Positions 1-15,000 of a stretch of 64,000 bases of DNA are shown piece after piece. Source of the DNA: Paramoeba atlantica (Eukaryota; Protista; Discosea); assembly GCA_977017575.1 (NCBI GenBank), contig CDRNVI010000052.1:248001-312000 (forward strand). The letters are read 5' to 3'. How positions within the stretch are numbered: the stretch's first letter is position 1; the number at the start of each line of letters is the position of its first letter. The notes below the pieces were generated by a model, which saw only the letters and a program-made list of their open reading frames with translations, searched no databases and was not told the DNA's origin. The position numbers and the translations under genes are program-made.

Positions 1-3000
1 GTGATCTTAATACAAAAAGTGATCTTAATACAAAAAGTGATCTTAATACAAAAAGTGATCTTAATACAAAAAGTGATCTTAATACAAAAAGTGATCTTAA
101 TACAAAAAGTGATCTTAATACAAAAAGTGATCTTAATACAAAAAGTGATCTTAATACAAAAAGTGATCTTAATACAAAAAGTGATCTTAATACAAAAAGT
201 GATCTTAATACAAAAAGTGATCTTAATACAAAAAGTGATCTTAATACAAAAAGTGATCTTAATACCAAAAGTGATCTTAATGCAAAAAGTGTTCTTAATA
301 CAAAAAGTGATCTTAATATAAAAAGTGATCTTAATACAAAAAGTGATCTTAATACAAAAAGTGATCTTAATACAAAAAGTGGTCTTAATACAAAAAGTGA
401 TCTTAATACAAAAAGTGATCATAATACAAAAAGTGATCTTAATACAAAAAGTGTTCTTAATACTAAAAGTGATCTTAATACAAAAAGTGATCTTAATACA
501 AAAAGTGATCTTAATACAAAAAGTGATCTTAAGACAAAAAGTGATCTTAATACAAAAAGTGATCTTAATACAAAAAGTGATCTTAATACAAAAAGTGATC
601 ATAATACAAAAAGTGATCTTAATACAAAAAGTGATCTTAATACAAAAAGTGATCTCAATACAAAAAGTGATCTTAATACAAAAAGTGATCTTAATACAAA
701 AAGTGATCTTAATACAAAAAGTGATCTTAATACAAAAAGTGATCTTAATACAAAAAGTGATCTTAATACAAAAAGTGATCTTAATACCAAAAGTGATCTT
801 AATACAAAAAGTGATCTTAATACAAAAAGTGATCTTAATACAAAAAGTGATCTTAATACAAAAAGTGATCTTAATACAAAAAGTGATCTTAATACAAAAA
901 GTGGTCTTAATACAAAAAGTGATCTTAATACAAAAAGTGATCTTAATACAAAAAGTGATCTTAATACAAAAAGTGATCTTAATACAAAAAGTGGTCTTAA
1001 TACAAAAAGTGATCTTAATACAAAAAGTGATCTTAATACAAAAAGTCATCTTAATACAAAAAGTGATCTTAATACAAAAAGTGATCTTAATACAAAAAGT
1101 GATCTTAATACAAAAAGTGATCTTAATACAAAAAGTGATCTTAATACAAAAAGTGATCTTAATACAAAAAGTGATCTTAATACAAAAAGTGATCTTAATA
1201 CAAAAAGTGATCTTAATACAAAAAGTGATCTTAATACAAAAAGTGATCTTAATACAAAAAGTGATCTTAATACAAAAAGTGGTCTTAATACAAAAAGTGG
1301 TCTTAATACAAAAAGTGATCTTAATACAAAAAGTGATCTTAATACAAAAAGTGATCTTAATACAAAAAGTGATCTTAATACAAAAAGTGATCTTAATACA
1401 AAAAGTGATCTTAATACAAAAAGTGATCTTAATACAAAAAGTGATCTTAATACAAAAAGTGATCTTAATACAAAAAGTGATCTTAATACAAAAAGTGATC
1501 TTAATACCAAAAGTGATCTTAATACAAAAAGTGATCTTAATACCAAAAGTGATCTTAATACAAAAAGTGATCTTAATACAAAAAGTGATCTTAATACAAA
1601 AAGTGATCTTAATACAAAAAGTGATCTTAATACAAAAAGTGATCTTAATACCAAAAGTGATCTTAATGCAAAAAGTGTTCTTAATACAAAAAGTGATCTT
1701 AATATAAAAAGTGATCTTAATACAAAAAGTGATCTTAATACAAAAAGTGATCTTAATACAAAAAGTGGTCTTAATACAAAAAGTGATCTTAATACAAAAA
1801 GTGATCTTAATACAAAAAGTGATCTTAATACAAAAAGTGATCTTAATACAAAAAGTGATCTTAATACCAAAAGTGATCTTAATACAAAAAGTGATCTTAA
1901 TACCAAAAGTGATCTTAATACAAAAAGTGATCTTAATACAAAAAGTGATCTTAATACAAAAAGTGATCTTAATACAAAAAGTGATCCTAATACAAAAAGT
2001 GATCTTAATACAAAAAGTGATCTTAATACAAAAAGTGATCTTAATACAAAAAGTGATCTTAATACAAAAAGTGATCTTAATACAAAAAGTGATCTTAATA
2101 CAAAAAGTGATCTTAATACAAAAAGTGATCTTAATACAAAAAGTGATCTTAATACAAAAAGTGATCTTAATACAAAAAGTGATCTTAATACAAAAAGTGA
2201 TCTTAATACAAAAAGTGATCTTAATACAAAAAGTGATCTTAGTACAAAAAGTGATCTTAATACAAAAAGTGATCTTAATACAAAAAGTGATCTTAATACA
2301 AAAAGTGATCTTAATACAAAAAGTGATCTTAATACAAAAAGTTATCTTAATACCAAAAGTGATCTTAATACAAAAAGTGATCTTAATACAAAAAGTGATC
2401 TTAAGACAAAAAGTGATCTTAATACAAAAAGTGATCTTAATACAAAAAGTGATCTTAATACAAAAAGTGATCATAATACAAAAAGTGATCTTAATACAAA
2501 AAGTGTTCTTAATACTAAAAGTGATCTTAATACAAAAAGTGATCTTAATACAAAAAGTGATCTTAATACAAAAAGTGATCTTAATACAAAAAGTGATCTT
2601 AATACAAAAAGTGATCTTAATACAAAAAGTGATCTTAATACAAAAAGTGATCTTAATACAAAAAGTGATCTTAATGCAAAAAGTGTTCTTAATACAAAAA
2701 GTGATCTTAATACAAAAAGTGATCTTAATACAAAAAGTGATCTTAATACAAAAAGTGATCTTAATACAAAAAGTGATCTTAATACAAAAAGTGATCTTAA
2801 TACAAAAAGTGGTCTTAATACAAAAAAGTGATCTTAATACAAAAAGTGATCTTAATACAAAAAGTGATCTTAATACAAAAAGTGATCTTAATACAAAAAG
2901 TGATCTTAATACAAAAAGTGATCTTAATACAAAAAGTGATCTTAATACAAAAAGTGATCTTAATACAAAAAGTGATCTTAATACAAAAAGTGATCTTAAT

Positions 3001-6000
3001 ACAAAAAGTGATCTTAATACAAAAAGTGATCTTAATACAAAAAGTGATCTTAATACCAAAAGTGATCTTAATACAAAAAGTGATCTTAATACCAAAAGTG
3101 ATCTTAATACAAAAAGTGATCTTAATACAAAAAGTGATCTTAATACAAAAAGTGATCTTAATACAAAAAGTGATCCTAATACAAAAAGTGATCTTAATAC
3201 AAAAAGTGATCTTAATACAAAAAGTGATCTTAATACAAAAAGTGATCTTAATACAAAAAGTGATCTTAATACAAAAAGTGATCTTAATACAAAAAGTGAT
3301 CTTAATACAAAAAGTGATCTTAATACAAAAAGTGATCTTAATACAAAAAGTGATCTTAATACAAAAAGTGATCTTAATACAAAAAGTGATCTTAATACAA
3401 AAAGTGATCTTAGTACAAAAAGTGATCTTAATACAAAAAGTGATCTTAATACAAAAAGTGATCTTAATACAAAAAGTGATCTTAATACCAAAAGTGATCT
3501 TAATGCAAAAAGTGATCTTAATACAAAAAGTGATCTTAATACAAAAAGTGATCTTAATACAAAAAGTGATCTTAATACAAAAAGTGATCTTAATACAAAA
3601 AGTGATCTTAATACAAAAAGTGATCTTAATACAAAAAGTGATCTTAATACAAAAAGTGATCTTAATACCAAAAGTGATCTTAATGCAAAAAGTGTTCTTA
3701 ATACAAAAAGTGATCTTAATATAAAAAGTGATCTTAATACAAAAAGTGATCTTAATACAAAAAGTGATCTTAATACAAAAAGTGGTCTTAATACAAAAAG
3801 TGATCTTAATACAAAAAGTGATCATAATACAAAAAGTGATCTTAATACAAAAAGTGTTCTTAATACTAAAAGTGATCTTAATACAAAAAGTGATCTTAAT
3901 ACAAAAAGTGATCTTAATACAAAAAGTGATCTTAAGACAAAAAGTGATCTTAATACAAAAAGTGATCTTAATACAAAAAGTGATCTTAATACAAAAAGTG
4001 ATCATAATACAAAAAGTGATCTTAATACAAAAAGTGTTCTTAATACTAAAAGTGATCTTAATACAAAAAGTGATCTTAATACAAAAAGTGATCTTAATAC
4101 AAAAAGTGATCTTAATACAAAAAGTGATCTTAATACAAAAAGTGATCTTAATACAAAAAGTGATCTTAATACAAAAAGTGATCTTAATACAAAAAGTGAT
4201 CTTAATGCAAAAAGTGTTCTTAATACAAAAAGTGATCTTAATACAAAAAGTGATCTTAATACAAAAAGTGATCTTAATACAAAAAGTGATCTTAATACAA
4301 AAAGTGATCTTAATACAAAAAGTGATCTTAATACAAAAAGTGGTCTTAATACAAAAAAGTGATCTTAATACAAAAAGTGATCTTAATACAAAAAGTGATC
4401 TTAATACAAAAAGTGATCTTAATACAAAAAGTGATCTTAATACAAAAAGTGATCTTAATACAAAAAGTGATCTTAATACAAAAAGTGATCTTAATACAAA
4501 AAGTGATCTTAATACCAAAAGTGATCTTAATGCAAAAAGTGTTCTTAATACAAAAAGTGATCTTAATATAAAAAGTGATCTTAATACAAAAAGTGATCTT
4601 AATACAAAAAGTGATCTTAATACAAAAAGTTATCTTAATACCAAAAGTGATCTTAATACAAAAAGTGATCTTAATACAAAAAGTGATCTTAAGACAAAAA
4701 GTGATCTTAATACAAAAAGTGATCTTAATACAAAAAGTGATCTTAATACAAAAAGTGATCATAATACAAAAAGTGATCTTAATACAAAAAGTGTTCTTAA
4801 TACTAAAAGTGATCTTAATACAAAAAGTGATCTTAATACAAAAAGTGATCTTAATACAAAAAGTGATCTTAATACAAAAAGTGATCTTAATACAAAAAGT
4901 GATCTTAATACAAAAAGTGATCTTAATACAAAAAGTGATCTTAATACAAAAAGTGATCTTAATGCAAAAAGTGTTCTTAATACAAAAAGTGATCTTAATA
5001 CAAAAAGTGATCTTAATACAAAAAGTGATCTTAATACAAAAAGTGATCTTAATACAAAAAGTGATCTTAATACAAAAAGTGATCTTAATACAAAAAGTGG
5101 TCTTAATACAAAAAAGTGATCTTAATACAAAAAGTGATCTTAATACAAAAAGTGATCTTAATACAAAAAGTGATCTTAATACAAAAAGTGATCTTAATAC
5201 AAAAAGTGATCTTAATACAAAAAGTGATCTTAATACAAAAAGTGATCTTAATACAAAAAGTGATCTTAATACAAAAAGTGATCTTAATACAAAAAGTGAT
5301 CTTAATACAAAAAGTGATCTTAATACAAAAAGTGATCTTAATACCAAAAGTGATCTTAATACAAAAAGTGATCTTAATACCAAAAGTGATCTTAATACAA
5401 AAAGTGATCTTAATACAAAAAGTGATCTTAATACAAAAAGTGATCTTAATACAAAAAGTGATCCTAATACAAAAAGTGATCTTAATACAAAAAGTGATCT
5501 TAATACAAAAAGTGATCTTAATACAAAAAGTGATCTTAATACAAAAAGTGATCTTAATACAAAAAGTGATCTTAATACAAAAAGTGATCTTAATACAAAA
5601 AGTGATCTTAATACAAAAAGTGATCTTAATACAAAAAGTGATCTTAATACAAAAAGTGATCTTAATACAAAAAGTGATCTTAATACAAAAAGTGATCTTA
5701 GTACAAAAAGTGATCTTAATACAAAAAGTGATCTTAATACAAAAAGTGATCTTAATACAAAAAGTGATCTTAATACCAAAAGTGATCTTAATGCAAAAAG
5801 TGATCTTAATACAAAAAGTGATCTTAATACAAAAAGTGATCTTAATACAAAAAGTGATCTTAATACAAAAAGTGATCTTAATACAAAAAGTGATCTTAAT
5901 ACAAAAAGTGATCTTAATACAAAAAGTGATCTTAATACAAAAAGTGATCTTAATACAAAAAGTGATCTTAATACCAAAAGTGATCTTAATGCAAAAAGTG

Positions 6001-9000
6001 TTCTTAATACAAAAAGTGATCTTAATATAAAAAGTGATCTTAATACAAAAAGTGATCTTAATACAAAAAGTGATCTTAATACAAAAAGTGGTCTTAATAC
6101 AAAAAGTGATCTTAATACAAAAAGTGATCATAATACAAAAAGTGATCTTAATACAAAAAGTGTTCTTAATACTAAAAGTGATCTTAATACAAAAAGTGAT
6201 CTTAATACAAAAAGTGATCTTAATACAAAAAGTGATCTTAAGACAAAAAGTGATCTTAATACAAAAAGTGATCTTAATACAAAAAGTGATCTTAATACAA
6301 AAAGTGATCATAATACAAAAAGTGATCTTAATACAAAAAGTGTTCTTAATACTAAAAGTGATCTTAATACAAAAAGTGATCTTAATACAAAAAGTGATCT
6401 TAATACAAAAAGTGATCTTAATACAAAAAGTGATCTTAATACAAAAAGTGATCTTAATACAAAAAGTGATCTTAATACAAAAAGTGATCTTAATACAAAA
6501 AGTGATCTTAATGCAAAAAGTGTTCTTAATACAAAAAGTGATCTTAATACAAAAAGTGATCTTAATACAAAAAGTGATCTTAATACAAAAAGTGATCTTA
6601 ATACAAAAAGTGATCTTAATACAAAAAGTGATCTTAATACAAAAAGTGGTCTTAATACAAAAAAGTGATCTTAATACAAAAAGTGATCTTAATACAAAAA
6701 GTGATCTTAATACAAAAAGTGATCTTAATACAAAAAGTGATCTTAATACAAAAAGTGATCTTAATACAAAAAGTGATCTTAATACAAAAAGTGATCTTAA
6801 TACAAAAAGTGATCTTAATACCAAAAGTGATCTTAATGCAAAAAGTGTTCTTAATACAAAAAGTGATCTTAATATAAAAAGTGATCTTAATACAAAAAGT
6901 GATCTTAATACAAAAAGTGATCTTAATACAAAAAGTGGTCTTAATACAAAAAGTGATCTTAATACAAAAAGTGATCTTAATACAAAAAGTGATCTTAATA
7001 CAAAAAGTGATCTTAATACAAAAAGTGATCTTAATACAAAAAGTGATCTTAATACAAAAAGTGACCTTAATACAAAAGGTGATCTTAATACAAAAAGTGA
7101 TATTAATACAAAAAGTGATCTTAATACCAAAAGTGATCTTAATACAAAAAGTGATCTTAATACCAAAAGTGATCTTAATGCAAAAAGTGATCTTAATACA
7201 AAAAGTGATCTTAATACAAAAAGTGATCTTAATACAAAAAGTGATCTTAATACAAAAAGTGATCTTAATACAAAAAGTGATCTTAATACAAAAAGTGATC
7301 TTAATACAAAAAGTGATCTTAATACAAAAAGTGATCTTAATACAAAAAGTGATCTTAATGCAAAAAGTGTTCTTAATACAAAAAGTGATCTTAATACAAA
7401 AAGTGATCTTAATACAAAAAGTGATCTTAATACAAAAAGTGATCTTAATACAAAAAGTGGTCTTAATACAAAAAGTGATCTTAATACAAAAAGTGATCTT
7501 AATACAAAAAGTGATCTTAATACAAAAAGTGATCTTAATACAAAAAGTGATCTTAATACAAAAAGTGATCTTAATACAAAAAGTGATCTTAATACAAAAA
7601 GTGATCTTAATACAAAAAGTGATCTTAATACAAAAAGTGATCTTAATACAAAAAGTGATCTTAATACAAAAAGTGATCTTAATACAAAAAGTGATCTTAA
7701 TACAAAAAGTGATCTTAATACAAAAAGTGATCTTAGTACAAAAAGTGATCTTAATACAAAAAGTGATCTTAATACAAAAAGTGATCTTAATACAAAAAGT
7801 GATCTTAATACCAAAAGTGATCTTAATGCAAAAAGTGATCTTAATACAAAAAGTGATCTTAATACAAAAAGTGATCTTAATACAAAAAGTGATCTTAATA
7901 CAAAAAGTGATCTTAATACAAAAAGTGATCTTAATACAAAAAGTGATCTTAATACAAAAAGTGATCTTAATACAAAAAGTGATCTTAATACAAAAAGTGA
8001 TCTTAATACCAAAAGTGATCTTAATGCAAAAAGTGTTCTTAATACAAAAAGTGATCTTAATATAAAAAGTGATCTTAATACAAAAAGTGATCTTAATACA
8101 AAAAGTGATCTTAATACAAAAAGTGGTCTTAATACAAAAAGTGATCTTAATACAAAAAGTGATCTTAATACAAAAAGTGATCTTAATACAAAAAGTGATC
8201 TTAATACAAAAAGTGATCTTAATACAAAAAGTGATCTTAATACAAAAAGTGACCTTAATACAAAAGGTGATCTTAATACAAAAAGTGATATTAATACAAA
8301 AAGTGATCTTAATACCAAAAGTGATCTTAATACAAAAAGTGATCTTAATACCAAAAGTGATCTTAATGCAAAAAGTGATCTTAATACAAAAAGTGATCTT
8401 AATACAAAAAGTGATCTTAATACAAAAAGTGATCTTAATACAAAAAGTGATCTTAATACAAAAAGTGATCTTAATACAAAAAGTGATCTTAATACAAAAA
8501 GTGATCTTAATACAAAAAGTGATCTTAATACAAAAAGTGATCTTAATGCAAAAAGTGTTCTTAATACAAAAAGTGATCTTAATACAAAAAGTGATCTTAA
8601 TACAAAAAGTGATCTTAATACAAAAAGTGATCTTAATACAAAAAGTGGTCTTAATACAAAAAGTGATCTTAATACAAAAAGTGATCTTAATACAAAAAGT
8701 GATCTTAATACAAAAAGTGATCTTAATACAAAAAGTGATCTTAATACAAAAAGTGATCTTAATACAAAAAGTGATCTTAATACAAAAAGTGATCTTAATA
8801 CAAAAAGTGATCTTAATACAAAAAGTGATCTTAATACAAAAAGTGATCTTAATACAAAAAGTGATCTTAGTACAAAAAGTGATCTTAATACAAAAAGTGA
8901 TCTTAATACAAAAAGTGATCTTAATACAAAAAGTGATCTTAATACCAAAAGTGATCTTAATGCAAAAAGTGATCTTAATACAAAAAGTGATCTTAATACA

Positions 9001-12000
9001 AAAAGTGATCTTAATACAAAAAGTGATCTTAATACAAAAAGTGATCTTAATACAAAAAGTGATCTTAATACAAAAAGTGATCTTAATACAAAAAGTGATC
9101 TTAATACAAAAAGTGATCTTAATACAAAAAGTGATCTTAATACCAAAAGTGATCTTAATGCAAAAAGTGTTCTTAATACAAAAAGTGATCTTAATATAAA
9201 AAGTGATCTTAATACAAAAAGTGATCTTAATACAAAAAGTGATCTTAATACAAAAAGTGGTCTTAATACAAAAAGTGATCTTAATACAAAAAGTGATCAT
9301 AATACAAAAAGTGATCTTAATACAAAAAGTGTTCTTAATACTAAAAGTGATCTTAATACAAAAAGTGATCTTAATACAAAAAGTGATCTTAATACAAAAA
9401 GTGATCTTAAGACAAAAAGTGATCTTAATACAAAAAGTGATCTTAATACAAAAAGTGATCTTAATACAAAAAGTGATCTTAATACCAAAAGTGATCTTAA
9501 TGCAAAAAGTGATCTTAATACAAAAAGTGATCTTAATACAAAAAGTGATCTTAATACAAAAAGTGATCTTAATACAAAAAGTGATCTTAATACAAAAAGT
9601 GATCTTAATACAAAAAGTGATCTTAATACAAAAAGTGATCTTAATACAAAAAGTGTTCTTAATACAAAAAGTGATCTTAATACAAAAAGTGATCTTAATA
9701 CAAAAAGTGATCTTAATACAAAAAGTGATCTTAATACAAAAAGTGATCTTAATACAAAAAGTGATCTTAATACAAAAAGTGATCTTAATACAAAAAGTGA
9801 TCTTAATACAAAAAGTGATCTTAATACAAAAAGTGATCTTAATACAAAAAGTGATCTTAATACAAAAAGTGATCTTAGTACAAAAAGTGATCTTAATACA
9901 AAAAGTGATCTTAATACAAAAAGTGATCTTAATACAAAAAGTGATCTTAATACCAAAAGTTATCTTAATGCAAAAAGTGATCTTAATACAAAAAGTGATC
10001 TTAATACAAAAAGTGATCTTAATACAAAAAGTGATCTTAATACAAAAAGTGATCTTAATACAAAAAGTGATCTTAATACAAAAAGTGATCTTAATACAAA
10101 AAGTGATCTTAATACAAAAAGTGATCTTAATACAAAAAGTGATCTTAATACCAAAAGTGATCTTAATGCAAAAAGTGTTCTTAATACAAAAAGTGATCTT
10201 AATATAAAAAGTGATCTTAATACAAAAAGTGATCTTAATACAAAAAGTGATCTTAATACAAAAAGTGGTCTTAATACAAAAAGTGATCTTAATACAAAAA
10301 GTGATCATAATACAAAAAGTGATCTTAATACAAAAAGTGTTCTTAATACTAAAAGTGATCTTAATACAAAAAGTGATCTTAATACAAAAAGTGATCTTAA
10401 TACAAAAAGTGATCTTAAGACAAAAAGTGATCTTAATACAAAAAGTGATCTTAATACAAAAAGTGATCTTAATACAAAAAGTGATCATAATACAAAAAGT
10501 GATCTTAATACAAAAAGTGTTCTTAATACTAAAAGTGATCTTAATACAAAAAGTGATCTTAATACAAAAAGTGATCTTAATACAAAAAGTGATCTTAATA
10601 CAAAAAGTGATCTTAATACAAAAAGTGATCTTAATACAAAAAGTGATCTTAATACAAAAAGTGATCTTAATACAAAAAGTGATCTTAATGCAAAAAGTGT
10701 TCTTAATACAAAAAGTGATCTTAATACAAAAAGTGATCTTAATACAAAAAGTGATCTTAATACAAAAAGTGATCTTAATACAAAAAGTGATCTTAATACA
10801 AAAAGTGGTCTTAATACAAAAAAGTGATCTTAATACAAAAAGTGATCTTAATACAAAAAGTGATCTTAATATAAAAAGTGATCTTAATACAAAAAGTGAT
10901 CTTAATACAAAAAGTGATCTTAATACAAAAAGTGGTCTTAATACAAAAAGTGATCTTAATACAAAAAGTGATCATAATACAAAAAGTGATCTTAATACAA
11001 AAAGTGTTCTTAATACTAAAAGTGATCTTAATACAAAAAGTGATCTTAATACAAAAAGTGATCTTAATACAAAAAGTGATCTTAAGACAAAAAGTGATCT
11101 TAAGACAAAAAGTGATCTTAATACAAAAAGTGATCTTAATACAAAAAGTGATCTTAATACCAAAAGTGATCTTAATGCAAAAAGTGATCTTAATACAAAA
11201 AGTGATCTTAATACAAAAAGTGATCTTAATACAAAAAGTGATCTTAATACAAAAAGTGATCTTAATACAAAAAGTGATCTTAATACAAAAAGTGATCTTA
11301 ATACAAAAAGTGATCTTAATACAAAAAGTGTTCTTAATACAAAAAGTGATCTTAATACAAAAAGTGATCTTAATACAAAAAGTGATCTTAATACAAAAAG
11401 TGATCTTAATACAAAAAGTGATCTTAATACAAAAAGTGATCTTAATACAAAAAGTGATCTTAATACAAAAAGTGATCTTAATACAAAAAGTGATCTTAAT
11501 ACAAAAAGTGATCTTAATACAAAAAGTGATCTTAATACAAAAAGTGATCTTAGTACAAAAAGTGATCTTAATACAAAAAGTGATCTTAATACAAAAAGTG
11601 ATCTTAATACAAAAAGTGATCTTAATACCAAAAGTGATCTTAATGCAAAAAGTGATCTTAATACAAAAAGTGATCTTAATACAAAAAGTGATCTTAATAC
11701 AAAAAGTGATCTTAATACAAAAAGTGATCTTAATACAAAAAGTGATCTTAATACAAAAAGTGATCTTAATACAAAAAGTGATCTTAATACAAAAAGTGAT
11801 CTTAATACAAAAAGTGATCTTAATACCAAAAGTGATCTTAATGCAAAAAGTGTTCTTAATACAAAAAGTGATCTTAATATAAAAAGTGATCTTAATACAA
11901 AAAGTGATCTTAATACAAAAAGTGATCTTAATACAAAAAGTGGTCTTAATACAAAAAGTGATCTTAATACAAAAAGTGATCATAATACAAAAAGTGATCT

Positions 12001-15000
12001 TAATACAAAAAGTGTTCTTAATACTAAAAGTGATCTTAATACAAAAAGTGATCTTAATACAAAAAGTGATCTTAATACAAAAAGTGATCTTAAGACAAAA
12101 AGTGATCTTAATACAAAAAGTGATCTTAATACAAAAAGTGATCTTAATACAAAAAGTGATCATAATACAAAAAGTGATCTTAATACAAAAAGTGTTCTTA
12201 ATACTAAAAGTGATCTTAATACAAAAAGTGATCTTAATACAAAAAGTGATCTTAATACAAAAAGTGATCTTAATACAAAAAGTGATCTTAATACAAAAAG
12301 TGATCTTAATACAAAAAGTGATCTTAATACAAAAAGTGATCTTAATACAAAAAGTGATCTTAATGCAAAAAGTGTTCTTAATACAAAAAGTGATCTTAAT
12401 ACAAAAAGTGATCTTAATACAAAAAGTGATCTTAATACAAAAAGTGATCTTAATACAAAAAGTGATCTTAATACAAAAAGTGATCTTAATACAAAAAGTG
12501 GTCTTAATACAAAAAAGTGATCTTAATACAAAAAGTGATCTTAATACAAAAAGTGATCTTAATACAAAAAGTGATCTTAATACAAAAAGTGATCTTAATA
12601 CAAAAAGTGATCTTAATACAAAAAGTGATCTTAATACAAAAAGTGATCTTAATACCAAAAGTGATCTTAATGCAAAAAGTGTTCTTAATACAAAAAGTGA
12701 TCTTAATATAAAAAGTGATCTTAATACAAAAAGTGATCTTAATACAAAAAGTGATCTTAATACAAAAAGTGGTCTTAATACAAAAAGTGATCTTAATACA
12801 AAAAGTGATCTTAATACAAAAAGTGATCTTAATACAAAAAGTGATCTTAATACAAAAAGTGATCTTAATACAAAAAGTGATCTTAATACAAAAAGTGACC
12901 TTAATACAAAAGGTGATCTTAATACAAAAAGTGATATTAATACAAAAAGTGATCTTAATACCAAAAGTGATCTTAATACAAAAAGTGATCTTAATACCAA
13001 AAGTGATCTTAATGCAAAAAGTGATCTTAATACAAAAAGTGATCTTAATACAAAAAGTGATCTTAATACAAAAAGTGATCTTAATACAAAAAGTGATCTT
13101 AATACAAAAAGTGATCTTAATACAAAAAGTGATCTTAATACAAAAAGTGATCTTAATACAAAAAGTGATCTTAATACAAAAAGTGATCTTAATGCAAAAA
13201 GTGTTCTTAATACAAAAAGTGATCTTAATACAAAAAGTGATCTTAATACAAAAAGTGATCTTAATACAAAAAGTGATCTTAATACAAAAAGTGGTCTTAA
13301 TACAAAAAGTGATCTTAATACAAAAAGTGATCTTAATACAAAAAGTGATCTTAATACAAAAAGTGATCTTAATACAAAAAGTGATCTTAATACAAAAAGT
13401 GATCTTAATACAAAAAGTGATCTTAATACAAAAAGTGATCTTAATACAAAAAGTGATCTTAATACAAAAAGTGATCTTAATACAAAAAGTGATCTTAATA
13501 CAAAAAGTGATCTTAATACAAAAAGTGATCTTAATACAAAAAGTGATCTTAGTACAAAAAGTGATCTTAATACAAAAAGTGATCTTAATACAAAAAGTGA
13601 TCTTAATACAAAAAGTGATCTTAATACCAAAAGTGATCTTAATGCAAAAAGTGATCTTAATACAAAAAGTGATCTTAATACAAAAAGTGATCTTAATACA
13701 AAAAGTGATCTTAATACAAAAAGTGATCTTAATACAAAAAGTGATCTTAATACAAAAAGTGATCTTAATACAAAAAGTGATCTTAATACAAAAAGTGATC
13801 TTAATACAAAAAGTGATCTTAATACCAAAAGTGATCTTAATGCAAAAAGTGTTCTTAATACAAAAAGTGATCTTAATATAAAAAGTGATCTTAATACAAA
13901 AAGTGATCTTAATACAAAAAGTGATCTTAATACAAAAAGTGGTCTTAATACAAAAAGTGATCTTAATACAAAAAGTGATCTTAATACAAAAAGTGATCTT
14001 AATACAAAAAGTGATCTTAATACAAAAAGTGATCTTAATACAAAAAGTGATCTTAATACAAAAAGTGACCTTAATACAAAAGGTGATCTTAATACAAAAA
14101 GTGATATTAATACAAAAAGTGATCTTAATACCAAAAGTGATCTTAATACAAAAAGTGATCTTAATACCAAAAGTGATCTTAATGCAAAAAGTGATCTTAA
14201 TACAAAAAGTGATCTTAATACAAAAAGTGATCTTAATACAAAAAGTGATCTTAATACAAAAAGTGATCTTAATACAAAAAGTGATCTTAATACAAAAAGT
14301 GATCTTAATACAAAAAGTGATCTTAATACAAAAAGTGATCTTAATACAAAAAGTGATCTTAATGCAAAAAGTGTTCTTAATACAAAAAGTGATCTTAATA
14401 CAAAAAGTGATCTTAATACAAAAAGTGATCTTAATACAAAAAGTGATCTTAATACAAAAAGTGGTCTTAATACAAAAAGTGATCTTAATACAAAAAGTGA
14501 TCTTAATACAAAAAGTGATCTTAATACAAAAAGTGATCTTAATACAAAAAGTGATCTTAATACAAAAAGTGATCTTAATACAAAAAGTGATCTTAATACA
14601 AAAAGTGATCTTAATACCAAAAGTGATCTTAATACAAAAAGTGATCTTAATACAAAAAGTGATCTTAATACAAAAAGTGATCTGAATACAAAAAGTGATC
14701 TTAATACAAAAAGTGATCTTAATACAAAAAGTGATCTTAATACAAAAAGTGATCTTAATGCAAAAAGTGATCTTAATACAAAAAGTGATCTTAATACAAA
14801 AAGTGATCTTAATACAAAAAGTGATCTTAATACAAAAAGTGATCTTAATACAAAAAGTGATGTTAATACAAAAAGTGATCTTAATACAAAAAGTGATCTT
14901 AATACAAAAAGTGATCTTAATACAGAAAGTGATCTTAATACAAAAATTGATCTTAATACAAAAAGTGATCTTAATACCAAAAGTGATCTTAATACAAAAA

